A stretch of 64,000 nt of DNA from Leucoraja erinacea (taxonomy: Eukaryota): positions 12,648,001 through 12,712,000 of the forward strand of contig NC_073379.1 in assembly GCF_028641065.1 (NCBI RefSeq), read 5' to 3'. The position numbers were made by a program, and so were the translations under genes. How positions within the stretch are numbered: position 1 is the stretch's first letter; each line of letters starts with the position of its first letter. Below the pieces are notes generated by a model that saw nothing but the letters and a program-made list of their open reading frames with translations, did no database searches and was not told the origin of the DNA. Shown here piece after piece: positions 13,030-23,515 of this stretch.

Positions 13030-14625
13030 ATAGAATAGATGAGTAAAAGAATGCAGTGACTAGTGGGGTGCCGCAAGGCTCGGCGCTTGGAACCCCATTA
13101 TTTAATTACCCAATTAAGATTTGGACGAGGGAATTAAATGTGACATCCCAAACACTCAGTTGGATGGTAGTTTGAGATGGGATGAGGATGCTAGGAGGCT
13201 GCAGGGTGACTTGGATAGGTTGGGTGAGTGGGCAGACGCATGACAGATAATTTGGATATATTTGAGAGTATACAGTATAGTGGCAAGAACAGGAAGGCGG
13301 ATTACTATCGTAACGGTGTCAGATTTGGAAAAGGTGTGGTGCCTTGTCACATGTGACAATAAATCATTCCATTCCATCCATCCCATTCCATTCCAATGCA
13401 TTCCATAGATGTACAGGTTGGTAGATTAATTGATATCTGTAAATTTGACATTGTTCCAAGTGTGTAGGATAGTGTAAGTGTACGATGTGATCGCTGGGTA
13501 CGACCCAGTGTATCCAGGTTTTGTTGCAACTCCCCTTTCCCAAATCTGACACCATAACGATAGTAACCTCGGTAAAATCCTTAATATGTATTGTAAATAA
13601 CTGGGTCCCAGCACCTGTACCCCACCTGGGTACGACCTCGGTGGGCCAAAGGGCCTGTTTCTACACTCTTTCTCTAACGTCTATGTGCAGAAGATCAGCG
13701 AGGAAACAATGGCACTGAACTTGATCAGGTTCGCAGTGTGCTTCTGATAGGGGAGCCAGGAGAAATGAAACCGACATATCCAGACGGTGATGTTGGGACA
13801 TATAGAATAGACGAATGAAAGAATACAGTGATTAGTGGGGTACTGGTGCTGGGACCCAGTTATTTACTTGTATATTAAGGATTTGGACGAGGTTACTATC
13901 GTTATGTTGTCAGGTTTGGAAAAGGGGAGGTGCAACGAAAACTGGGTGTGCTTGTCCATCCGTCATTGAACTTGAGCGTGCATGTACAGCAGGCAGTGAT
14001 GAAATCTAATGGCATGTTGGCCTTCATTGAGAGAGGATGAGTATAGGAGCAAGGAAGTCCCACTGCATTTGTACCTGGTGAGACCGCACCTGGAGTATTG
14101 TGTGCAATTGTGGACTTCTAATTTGAGGAACGACATTCATGTTATTGAGTGGCTGTGCCGTAGGTTAATTCCGGGTATGGCGGGACTGACATATGACAAA
14201 ATAATGGGTGAACTGGGCTTGTATTTCCTGGAGATTAGAAGGATGGAAGGCGATCTTATAGAAGCATATAACCTTGTTAAATGATTGGACAAGCTGCATG
14301 CATGTAAAATGTTCCCGATGTTGATGAAGTCCAAAACTAGAGGTCCCAATTTTACAATAAGGAGAGCCCATTTAGGACCGGGATGAGGAAAAATATTTTC
14401 ACCCAGTTAGTTGTGATCCTGTGGAATTATCTGCAACAGAAGGGAGTGGAGGCCAATTCACTCGAAGTGTTCAAAAGAGATTTTGCTCTTAGAGCAATAG
14501 GAATCTAGGATATGGGTAAAAATCAGGAACGGGGTACTGATTTTAGATGATCTGCAGTCATCATATTGGCTGTAGCGGAGCCGAATCGCCTACTCCTGCA
14601 CCTATTGTTCTATGTTTTTGTGTTT
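13030..14625 (+). mobile_element. decayed CR1 RT fragments (two partly overlapping copies, 13030-13340 and 13800-14625) with intervening SINE/microsatellite
   Basis: agtggggtgccgcaaggctcgg (SGVPQGS); LVRPHLEYCVQ; 3' tail cctactcctgcacctatt...ctatgttt. Confidence 0.75.
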
Positions 14626-14669
14626 TTAAGATATGCAAAAAAGTTTCTTAGGTTTGTACGACTTGTAGA

Positions 14670-15755
14670 CTATGAGACTGAAGAAGATGATTTGGAATAA
14701 ACTGCGACTTAGGTGGGGAGAGATGGAGAGAGGGAGAGAGAATGCAGAGGTTACTTGAAGTGGGAGAAATCAATTTTCATACTGCTGGGTTGTAAGCTGT
14801 CTAAGCGAAATATGAGATGCTGGTCCTCCAATTCGTGTATGGCCTCGCTCTGACAATGGAGGAGGCCTAGGAGCCAAACGTTAGTGTGGGAATGGGAAGG
14901 GGAATTAAAGTATTTGGCAAGCGGGAGATCGGGCAGTTCCAGGCGGACTGAGATAAGGTGGTCAGCGAAACGAACACAGAGCCTTCGCTTGTAGTCGCCC
15001 ACATATAGGAGCCAACACCTGGAACAGCGGACACTGTAGATGAGGTTGGAGGAGATGCATGTGAATCTCTGCCTCACCCGAAAAGACTGTCCGAGTCCTT
15101 GGACGGAGGAGGTATAGGGACAGGCGTTGTAGCTCCCGCGGTTGCAGGGGAAAGTAGCTAGGAAGCTAGATTATTAACGGGAAGGACATGTTAACCAGTG
15201 AGTTTCGGAGGAACCGGTCTCTGCGGAAAACGGATAGGGTTGAAGATGGGAAGATATCGCTCGTGGTAGGATCTCGTTAGAGGTGGCGGATATATCGGAG
15301 GATCATATGCTTGTACGATGGCTGATGGGGTGAAATGTGCGGACTGGGCGATACTGTCCCTGTTGCGACTGGGGTGGGGGAGCAAGAGCAGAGCTGCGGG
15401 ATATCGAGAAGACCTCAGTGAGGGACTAATCTATAATGTAAGAGGTGAACCCTGGTGAATAGAGAATGAGTACATCTCAGATGTCATGGTATGGAACACT
15501 TAAACGTGGGCGCAGATGCGGCGCAGACGGAGGAATTGGGAGTAGGGGATAGAGTCTTTACAGGAGGCAGAGTGGGAAGAAAGGTAGTCAAGATAGCTGT
15601 GGGAGTCAGTAGGTTTATAGTAGATGCCCGTCGATAGTCTATCTCCCTGTGATAGAGACGGTGAGAAGAAGAAACGGTCGGGAGATATCGGAATTGGCCC
15701 AAGTGAATTCTGTGCGGGATGGAAATTAGTTGTGAAGTTAATGAAGTTCGGCATC
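14670..15755 (-). mobile_element. Penelope-like element fragment (RT C-terminus + GIY-YIG endonuclease)
   Basis: ORF 14751-15077 FTCISSNLIYSVRCSRCWLLYVGDYKRRLCVRFADH...E (GIY-YIG); ORF 15500-15754 YYKPTDSHSYLDY...CKDSIPYSQFLRLRRIC. Confidence 0.88.
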
Positions 15756-17344
15756 GTAAATTCGTTTTCCTATGTCACAAGGAACTGCCTGCAACCTCCT
15801 GGGATAAAGAGATTGATCACAATATAACCATTACCTTCAATAACACATATTTGTTTAGTTGATAACAAGAGAAAAAGTCATATGTCTGTCATGGGCATTT
15901 AATTCCTATGTAACATTAGTTCTGCGAGCTGTTTAACGGGACCTTGCAGAGCATGTCAAAACGAACGAACAACGAATCTGGAACATATTCACCGAGAGCG
16001 ACAGCTCCCTTCCCGATGTCACGGTTTAATGTAAATCGGCATCTCGTGGAGCACATTGGAAAAAACTCTTGATAATGAAGCATTTACAATATAACTCCAT
16101 TAAAGGAGTCATGACATTACATGTCCCCTAATTTGAGGAAGGACATTCTTGCTATTGACGGAGTGTAGCGTAAGTTTCCCAGGTTAATTCCCGGGATGGC
16201 GGGGCTGTCATATCCTCGGATAATGGAACTTTTGCACAGTATGATGTTTACTTGTCTGTTGTGGTGCTGCGAGTACATTCTTCATTGTTCCGCTTTAGAA
16301 CAGAGGGTAATAAAACAATCGTGACTGTGGGAAGATAACTCGCCCGGTGTCACTGGCAAAATGCTGACAATACCTCACAGAACCACGCGTCATTTTTGTC
16401 CAGGTGTTATGTGAATATCGTGAGGCTCTGTCAGGATTCGTCAATCTGGTCCACATGTGGTTCCTGAATTTGAATGTTCAGATGTAACGTGTAATACTGC
16501 AAAGATATTTGAAGAATGGGTTATATAACCAGCCAGTATCCATTCAGCAGAGAAGAGACAGCGAGAGAGCCAATCTCTACATGGCAGATGGGACATTTAG
16601 GTGCACAAACCGTCAGATATTCTGCATATCAATCATATCTATGCAAATTACCGCGGTAAAATCTGTAGACTGTCAATATCTCCTTTATCTAAAAATATAG
16701 ATTATGTATCTACACTGGCTTGTATGAATATCAGCAATTCTCGTTACTTTCATCTATTGTTTAGTTAATTAGTGCAATGTAATCCGAAAGCGCCTCTAAA
16801 TGGGAATAACGGGTTCTGTTGAAAGGGGGCACAAAGAATACAATGAAACTCCCGTTCAGTTGAATGTTGCTGCTGGAATGTGGGAGACGCACTCTACGTT
16901 AATGTCATCAAGTAAAGTTGTGACTTGGGCACCCACATGAGTAAGAATTCAAGTGCGAAGGACGTGGAACGCATCGGGAAACTTAAAGGTTTTGCATTTA
17001 GAGCCGAATAGGGCGGCTGCTGGATTGAAAGGAAATCAGAGATGTCGCAGATTTTTCAACTGGAAATACCGGGCGTCCGCTCCAGTAGAAGTGAACATCG
17101 GGACCCGCCGTTCGCCCTACCCGGAAATCGGCGGTGTTCAATTTAAAGGGCAGGGGGCGGGCCTGGGGACCGGTGGGGCTGCCAAAACCGCTCTACGCTG
17201 TCATGTGCGGGGATATTATTGTTTTAGCCGAATGTGAGTGACATTTTTTTAAATGTTTTTTGAAAGATAGGTGAGATTTTCGTTCAATGCCCTCTCTTCA
17301 CCAGAGATCCATAATGTAACACTCGAGTGACGTGTTACCTGATG

Positions 17345-18256
17345 TCATTTTAAACACCATTTGATAGGTTTCACTAACTTTCCAGTTAACGCGACGGGCC
17401 ATTGAAGTGCGTGAAGGAGCTGCTCTCTGAACTTCCCCTGGGTGACGGTGTAAATCAGTGTGTTTGTACACGTGTTCAGCAGCTGCAGCAGAACTCCAAT
17501 TTTTTCAAATTTTGCATATGGGTTTGTCAAACCTCGCATCCAAAATCCGTTGACACATCGATATGTAAACAAAATGAGATACAGTTGTGACCCAGAGCAG
17601 GATAAAGCTGCTGGAAATTGCAAAGAGTAAAATGATTGACCGTTTACGGCTTTCTGTCTCCGGGTCTCCACGACTGAGATCGCGGAGCCTCCTGCGGACC
17701 CGATTGGCCATTAAAATACGTCTGGCCGTGTGCGCATTAAAGAACAAAATCAAACAGAATGGAATCACTGGGGTCAACAGCGGCTCCATCCAAGAAAATG
17801 CGATCCATGCGGGCAGGTAATAGAAGTCCGATCGGATTCGGCAGCCCCACAGTAAACCATTCCACCTGTCGAAAGAATTATAAGCGAAAGGCCAGGGAAC
17901 GTTCTGTAAACAGAAGAAGGTACATAGGGTCACCATAACCACCGCCGCGGTTCTGTCGGTGCAGTATCTGGATCTCAGATTCGGTTTGGAGATGGCCACA
18001 AACCTATCAAATGTGAAAGCGACCGTGAACCACACGGAACAGTCTACGGCCGCTGCGGACAGGAAGAGAATACACCTGCACACAGGTGTGTAGTACAGGA
18101 TTGTGTTCCCCCAATAAAGAACTACAATCCGATTTAAAATCACTTCGCAGACAATCACCGTGAGGTCCGCCGTCGCCATAGCCACCAGATAACGAGTGAT
18201 GCATTTGGAGAGACCGCACTTTCCTCGGGACAGGACCACAATCGCCAGTAGATTCA
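17345..18256 (-). pseudogene. GPR139/GPR142-like class A GPCR, main coding exon, frameshifted near 17564
   Basis: Acceptor ctccattag|TG AAT; NLLAIVVLSRGKCGLSKCITRYLVAMATADL, SVWFTVAFTFDRFVAI, P-V-I-P-F in TM5, ESRKRSIILLFAISSSFILLW; continues in a second frame (ORF 17345-17671) through LQLLNTCTNTLIYTVTQGKFREQL to a stop. Exon 1 not securely found. Confidence 0.85.
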
Positions 18257-19819
18257 CTAATGGAGTAAGAAAGAAGCAATGGTGATTATGTGGACAGAAT
18301 AACTTCCAGTTGAGTGATGGGTGGCTGTATATTAATATTTTGCTTACTTTCCTAAAATTGTGAAAAGGATGTGATGGACGGGGATTCCTTTGTTTTGAAT
18401 GCGATCCCTGACACTGCGCTCACGAATAAACATTCCACCTAACAGTGAATGAATCAACAGAGAAACACCATCCTAGCCACACACTTATCTCACCACTGCC
18501 ATCAGGCAGAAGTTAAAGGCGCCTGAAGACTGTAACGTCCAGGTTTAGCAACAGCTATTTCCCCACAGCCATCAGGCTATTAAACGCAACGAATAAGCTA
18601 TGAGCTCTGAACAGCAAAATACTATATTATTATTTGCTATTTGCACTATATTTGTTAGTCATTGAACTTTTTATTTCTTCCTCATTATATACAATGATCA
18701 CACATTCACATATTCTGTTAGGTATAGCAGCAGGTAAGAATTTCATTGTCCCGTCCGGGACATTTGACAATAAAACACTATTGACTCTTGACTCGACTTG
18801 ACTCTAAACAATAATACAAGAACAATTTTATACCAGTCCCAGTAAACGGCAAACGATGAAATAAATACATTCAGGTTATTCCCCAAACCCCGTTCCATGG
18901 TGCAACCCAGCATTTAGCACGTTTTGTCACAGTATTTTCACTTTATTTTCATCATTGCCGTTTCCCAATCAAATGTCGTCCAGCCCATCCCACATGTAAC
19001 CGTCAAGTGACATACCCGGCACTCCAATTGATGCCAGGATTGGGTAATAGTAATATTCAACCGGCAAGTGTTGCAGGCGACCCATTTCTCCTTCACAGCG
19101 ACCTCGCAAACGCAGTACAAAAGCTTACAGATGTTATAGTGGGAGGTTAAACCACTGAACATTTATAAGCCAAGGAAAAGATTAACGAGTTATTGAGATT
19201 ACCTCCCTGTGGACATTCATTACGGATTTTGCTCCCGTGTGATGTTATACGACAACAATCACGAGGGTAGTCGTTCATTGCACATGCACCAATTCATCAC
19301 GCACGGAACAAACCAACTGTAAAGTAGGTTTGCTAATAATATTTCGAAATTTAAATATGTTCCACGAGGTTGCAGCTGTCGAAAGGTCGGACAAAATATC
19401 AGTCACAACGCACGATACGATGAAATCATTGATGTGGAGTGTGTATGAAGAATTGCAAATACCGTTTTAAACCGAAGGTAGACACAGACATTTGGAATAA
19501 CTCAGAGGGACAGGCAGCATCTCCGGAGAGACGGAATGGGTGGCGTTTCGAGTCGAGACCTTTTTCAGCTTTTTGTGTCTATCTTTATTTTTTTTTTTGA
19601 GACCTTGAGCTACAGTTCCCATACACTGACCTAATCTACCCATTTTCCATTTCGTTCCAGGTGTTTCTAGTAGGCCCCGTTGAAAAATGAAGTAGAAACG
19701 CTCTTCTGAGTGGTCATATTTACATTATTCAGGGGGAAAGATCAGGAGGAATCCTAGGTCCTCGGGTCCTCGATGCAACTACTCTAGAAAGGGTCTCTGT
19801 GTATCTTCTTCTAATGATT

Positions 19820-21110
19820 TTATACAGCTCTTTTAGATCATCATTCATCCTCCTGCTCTCATGGAATAGAGACCCAGCCTACTCAACCCTCCCCACAGCT
19901 CACACCCTCTAGACCTGGCAACATCATCGTAAATCTTTTCTGAACCCTTTCAAATTTGACAAAATATTTCCTATAACATGATGCCCAGAACTGAACAACA
20001 TATTCTAAATGCGGTCTCACCAACGTTTTATACAACTGCAGCATGACCTCCCAACTCCTATATTCAATACTGTGATTGATGAAAGGCTAAAGTGCCAACA
20101 GGCTTTTTGAGCACCTTGTAGTGACAGATTTTCATATCGTTCAAGGAATATTTACTGTAGTCACTTTGATTGAAGACAGGGATTCAGGGGATAATCGAAA
20201 CGCATTGGTGAGCGCTCCACGAGACATTTAATGCCGTTGAATGATAAATCTCCCAAACACAGCCTCTTAATTAATAGTTCCTTTATTGCAGTAGTAAAAA
20301 CAGTAGATATTCATCCATGTCTTCTTGTTTAAGTACATTTTGATCTTACTCGTTGTCAAATTCGTGCATGGTGGAACTCGTGCATGGTTCAAACTGTGAC
20401 CTCTTCCCATGCTTCTTAAAACTAAACTAAACTATAATTACTATAACGTCTGTGCCAGATTCCCAGCCGCAAACACCGCTCCAACCGTGAAAAACCCCAC
20501 CCACACAGGCAGATAAAAGTTAAAGGTAACTAATTCTAGTTATAACATACTGAGTTTAGCTAAATGGCTACTACATACCGGTCCCTAATTGTTCTGAGTA
20601 TATAACGAGGCAATTAATAAAATATATTTAAAAAGGTAGCAATATATTTAAAAAGGTAGCAATAAAACATTAACATATTTCAAAAATCAAAAAATAGCAT
20701 CCATGATATATCAGCATTCAGAATTCTTTAGCTATTCTTCCATCTTCACCTTCGCGTTCTAGAAGCAAGCATAACTTGGTTATTCGTCTTATTAAAACGT
20801 TATTCTTATTCTTAGTACTGTACGCTTAAAACCCTTAACATCAGGCATGATACCCAGTATATAGTCCAAAACACAAAAGTCCAAAGTTTTGACAGGATGA
20901 CACTTCTACCCCCATGTCCGATCAAACAGAGATTCTGTTCGCTACAAATGTCAGGAAACGTTTGTTCTTATTGTTGAAGTATTTAAGTATTGTACTCAAC
21001 TCCTCTTGTTACGAAGGCCAACGCGCCATTCGCTTTCTTCACTGCCTGTTGTACCTGCATGCTTACTTTCATTGACTGATGAACAAGGTCCCTCAGATCC
21101 CGTTGTACTT
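19820..21110 (-). mobile_element. CR1 fragments (19820-20116, ~20990-21110) flanking an LTR-like segment
   Basis: Reverse strand encodes LVRPHLEY-like and VQQAVKKANG-like motifs. Confidence 0.6.
20117..20946. mobile_element. possible solo LTR (~830 bp)
   Basis: Begins tgtagtgacaga and ends tctgttcgctaca (TG...CA with imperfect inverted ends); minus-strand aataaa at ~20282; no TSD found. Confidence 0.4.
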
Positions 21111-21788
21111 CCCCCCTCGCCTCTCGCTTCCTACAGTTCATATTTTCCCCTCCTGAAAATTATTCCCGCACTCAGTTGTCAGTTGCTTTGAGTCTGTGCT
21201 GTTTTCGCGGGGATTTCCGACTAACGCACAGCTCAGCGTCTGCCCTATCAACTTTGCTCTGTGGATTGTAAACAATAAAGAGATTGCATCTGGTATTCTC
21301 ACACTCATAGAGCACGTGGACCCATCCTAAAACCGTTCCCCATTGGACACCCCTCATATCAGAAATCTCTTGGATTTGAGAACGTTCAGAGTCGGTATGT
21401 CTTCCCCGTTCCCCAAACAACCCCATCTGGGGAACTCGTATAAGCCCATCATTTTCTGTTCATTAACACTTGCGACGCACATCAGTGTGCACCCCAACAC
21501 TCTGGTGCTCCGTTTATTTTATCCATTTACTAGTATGCGTGCATGGCTGACAAGTCTGTCATTTATTGTCCATCAAAATCCACAACCCTTCTGATTCAGA
21601 AGTGCACCAGTCTGCTGTCTCGGATCTCACACCAGACCTGTCGCCCTCTGCCATGGGCCATTTTGCAAGATGAATTTAGAAATTGGGGTTGCTTCACTTA
21701 CACGGACATTGATGTCACACGATCCCAATTTTCGACTACACTGATTATTCCTGGGCAATGGATATAAAGAGCGCTTTTAGGATGCTTT

Positions 21789-21846
21789 CCGGCGTGAAAA
21801 TCATGCTTGCCCCCGCTCCATTTTTATAGTAAGCATGGCAGTCATA
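21789..21846 (-). pseudogene. J gene segment, NAR-type, degenerate
   Basis: Directly after cactgtg: YDCHAYYKNGAGASMIFTP; A, M, I and F are each one base from T, L, T and V, giving GAGTSLTVTP; splice donor damaged. Confidence 0.6.
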
Positions 21847-21885
21847 CACAGTGATCCAGCCCTCAGTCTTCCCGGTAAAAGAAAG
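21847..21885 (+). promoter_or_regulatory. J-side recombination signal sequence (~23-bp spacer)
   Basis: Perfect heptamer cacagtg 21847-21853, 23-nt spacer, A-rich degenerate nonamer aaaagaaag. Confidence 0.55.
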
Positions 21886-22185
21886 TCCTCATCCCATTTT
21901 ACCCGGAAAGCAACAGGAAACGCTGCCCAATTATTCCAGTGCTTCAGAAGAACAAATAATATTCCGTGTTTCCCAAACGCCTAGTGGATGATTTTGTTCC
22001 CATTGAGGAACGGAGCTCTCAATGGGTTAATAAAATGGTTTAGACACGGTTAATATCAGGAACGTCGGAACCAAACGGCAGTTAAATAACTTAGAAAGAG
22101 AAAATTACAATGAAATTGAACTTGATAGCAAGGTTACTAATACAACAATCCTTTAATTCTGATGGCCGATTCTGATCATATAGCG

Positions 22186-22213
22186 TTTAAATGCGCCCTT
22201 CCATTCCAATGTG
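22186..22213 (-). promoter_or_regulatory. candidate degenerate RSS 3' of V(D)
   Basis: Heptamer cacattg (6/7) at 22213-22207; 12-nt spacer then gcatttaaa (poor nonamer). Confidence 0.3.
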
Positions 22214-22520
22214 CATATCCAAACCCCATATGGTCCAGCTATCTGCAACTTGACATTGATAGTTGGCGCAGTCACCAACTCTCATGTCCCGAATTTCCAG
22301 CGTAAAGGTCATGTCCGCTTTATTGGTCGATACGACACACGGTCCCCCCACGATGACCCGCTGCAGCTCTTCCACGGTCTGGGTCTGTTAGAACACGGGT
22401 CCAGAGTTAAAACGGTATGAACTTAGCGAACAAATCCGAAAGTGGCAGGAGATCGTAAAGGACTGACAAACTGCCCGGTCACCCCTGTCGGACTCTGGGT
22501 CACCGAATGCCTGAAGACGC
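22214..22520 (-). pseudogene. IgNAR / NAR-TCR-type V exon, inactivated
   Basis: GVFRHSVTQSPTGVTGQ /frameshift/ CQSFTISCHFRICSLSSYRFNSGPVF*QTQTVEELQRVIVGGPCVVSTNKADMTFTLEIRDMRVGDCANYQCQVADSWTIWGLDM. Short NAR-like core lacking CDR2; canonical Cys at 22445-47 and 22253-55; stop at 22388-90. Confidence 0.75.
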
Positions 22521-22660
22521 CGGGCGATTATACACTGGGAGAGATGAATGGGCATCAGAGGCGAGCAACTGAACTCGGATGGTGATTCAAGTTCATTTAA
22601 AAAATAGCCTCGGACAAATTTACACTAAACCGGAACAATGTGGAAGTGTGTGAGCCGTAC

Positions 22661-22707
22661 TCTGGGCATATACAGAGACACAGGGTACAAGCTAAAAGGA
22701 TCCCCAT
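22661..22707 (-). pseudogene. leader exon of the NAR-type V
   Basis: ATG at 22707: MGILLACTLCLCICP, hydrophobic, ~130 bp upstream of the V exon, followed by gtacgg. Confidence 0.6.
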
Positions 22708-23515
22708 CGCTCTGACACCGGAGTAGGGTGGGGAGGAGATGGTTTTGTGTCACGGGGATCACTATACCGGGACAGCTCCAGTCGTCTGCTCCTTGGAGCA
22801 GATGGCGAACACCGCTCTTTGCAGAGGGCGGTATCTTGGAGATTATTGAAAGATTTCATTCCGGCCCATATTTCACTTTTTCTACTCTAGCTAAGCGTGT
22901 TTTCTTGTCTTCAGGGACGTGCCCACAGGGGAGGCAAGGGAGGCAGAGCCTCACCTGTCATACTCCCAATGAAAATAGCTGTTAAGTAAAGTAAAGAAAA
23001 ATAATAATAAAATAAAATAAATTTAAAGATTTTTCCACTGTTATAAATGTCATTTCTATATTAATATAATCTTTTTTTTATAGTAAAAATCGCCAAATTT
23101 GCGCAGCTCCGCTGCAAATACATGGAGAGATGGGAGGTGAGGCAGCGGCGAACTGATTGCGCAACCCCTTAGAAACTGCATGGAGCGCGGGCAATAAGCG
23201 TGTGCCTGTTACCATCCCCATGCATGTCACCAAAGTAATGTTTTTAAACCCCTTCATTCCACGTAACGTATTTCACATATAAATATATTAAATTTGTGCT
23301 CGCTGGTCTCACATAAAACTGCATTGACAAAGCTCCAGGGGAGGCAGCGATCACATCTGCCTCACAAGGGGGCGTGTCTTGAGCCCAGTGGAGGAAGAGC
23401 GACCGTCAATTACGTATTGACGTAATTGACGCTACCTCACTCTCCCTCCACGTTAGCGAGTTTCAGCAGCGGCGGCACAGACATGGAGCGGAACAAGATA
23501 CGCCACTTGGGAAGG

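Noticed and set aside
13690-13797. Minus-strand peptide ...FSWLPY... resembling GPCR TM6
   Set aside because: Too short, not hydrophobic enough and no neighbouring TM segments
19203-19278. ATG...G|gtaatc phase-1 mini-exon as GPCR exon 1
   Set aside because: Peptide MNDYPRDCC... lacks the expected hydrophobic start of TM1
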